NCBI RefSeq assembly: GCF_964355755.1
Contig: NC_092673.1
Location: 27,959,648-28,023,647 of the forward strand
Direction: 5' to 3'
Length of the DNA: 64,000 nt
Source: Antedon mediterranea
Taxonomy: Eukaryota; Animalia; Echinodermata
Under the pieces are notes generated by a model that was given only the letters and a program-made list of their open reading frames with translations, was not told the DNA's origin and ran no database searches. Shown piece by piece: positions 62,660 to 64,000 of this stretch (its first letter is position 1; the number at the start of each line of letters is the position of its first letter). The position numbers and the translations under genes were made by a program.

Positions 62660-63226
62660 TTGATTTAGCTTTTTGCTTATTTTACATTTATATCTCCATT
62701 GGGATTCCGCCATTACCCACAGCATTGTCATTTTTTTCAGTGCATATTTTATTTGTATCTCTATTGAGATCCAGCCACTGATACCCACAGCATTGTCATT
62801 TTTTCAGTGCTTATTTTATTTGTATCTCCATTGAGATTCAGCCACTGATACCCACAGCATTGTTATTTTTCAGTGCTTATTTTATTTGTATCTCCATTGG
62901 GATTCAGCCACTGATACCCACAGCATTGTCATTTTTTCAGTGCTTATTTTATTTTTTATCTCCATTATTGAGATCCAGCCACTGCATTGTCATTTTTTTC
63001 AGTGCTTATTTTATTTTGTATCTCCATTGAGATCCAGCCACTGATACCCACAGCATTATCATTTTTTCAGTGCTTATTTTATTTTGTATCTCAACTGAGA
63101 TTTAGCCACTGATACCCACAACATTGTCATTTTTTTGAGTACTTATTTTATTTGTATCTCCATTGAGATCCAGCCACTGATAACGGCAGCATTGTCTTTT
63201 TTTCCCCAGTAATTTGCCTTTTGATT
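62660..63226 (-). repeat. Inverted array (~8 units) of the 68-bp repeat
   Basis: Reverse complement of the 36158-36865 units, with the same flanks. Confidence 0.88.
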
Positions 63227-64000
63227 CATAGACTACTATTCTGTTAAGCGTGGTTCCCACTAGAACGCAACACAGCGACGTATTGACGCAAAGTGATGTA
63301 TTGCGTAATCACAAATTGGAACCGACGATGCAACAGTGCTTTAAACATCGCGGGTTTGATTTCACACAGGCGGGGGAAAACACAATTATTAGTGTAGGCC
63401 ACTATGTAATTTCGTGTCATTTTTTTGTTAAAAGCAAAATTCCAGCTGATTTAGTGTCTTTAGGATGTAAAGTAATGAAAAAAATATGTTGCCATTTTTT
63501 TAAAAAAGCTTAAGGGTGTCAAATCCAAGATGGCCGCCAATACGTAAAATATCCAATAAATGTACCATATTGGACAAAGTAACACGCATTATGAATAGTA
63601 TTTTAAGTTCATATGGGTTCTCTGCTATATAAGAATTATTATAAACCTATATTCATTAGTATTCTGACATTTTGAATTTCAAAATGGCCGCCATTTTAAA
63701 AAAATGGATTAAATATCTTATTAAAACATGTGCAAGTTATGACGTTGATTGAAATCACATAAAATGATAGGCCTATGACAACAACATTGGTGATTAACAC
63801 AAAATGGCCGCCATTTTGAATTTTAAAATGGCCGCCATTTTTTAAAAATGGGTTAAATTTCTCATTAAAACTTGTTAAGTTAAATAAAATTAGATTAAAA
63901 TATACAAAATGATATGCTTATGACAACAACATGGTGATGAACACAAAATGTTGACCATCAGGAGGTCTACAGTACTGACAGTACACTTCTTCATATTAAA

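Noticed and set aside
63520-63960. Repeated AAAATGGCCGCC (YY1-like) motifs as a promoter
   Set aside because: Part of a locally duplicated, probably transposon-derived tract at the window edge; no linked gene visible.

Overview
Eukaryotic, AT-rich animal genomic DNA, probably from a marine invertebrate (inference from gene and repeat content). About 60.5 kb of the window is the 3' portion of one + strand, intron-rich gene for a giant type-I transmembrane mucin. I traced 57 coding exons by splice sites and reading phase. They total 21,480 nt, i.e. 7,159 aa plus stop, and the 5' end lies upstream of the window. Domain order: ~4,390 aa STTEP-repeat PTS region (3 exons), 2 LDLa, 2 Sushi/CCP, 2 cbEGF, NIDO, AMOP, VWD (GDPH), cadherin/Ig-like, ~20 EGF, SEA-like, 8 EGF, SEA (FKDG/SIIA), 2 EGF, TM, and a cytoplasmic tail ending QFYF*. 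The introns carry many mobile elements. The largest is a 5.3-kb antisense Gypsy-like LTR retrotransposon with apparently identical 162-bp LTRs, non-canonical CGCCA...TGGCG termini, a 3-bp TTA target-site duplication, an IADD RT motif and a broken integrase. Also present: Helitron and Helentron-type non-autonomous elements, a 5S-rRNA/tRNA/Deu-domain chimeric SINE, Penelope-like remnants with three hammerhead-ribozyme motifs (one looks intact), several MITE families, and minisatellites built from a SINE head, an exon-donor junction and a possible pLTR segment. No prokaryotic systems or CRISPR arrays were seen. All coordinates were read by hand; no database searches were run.
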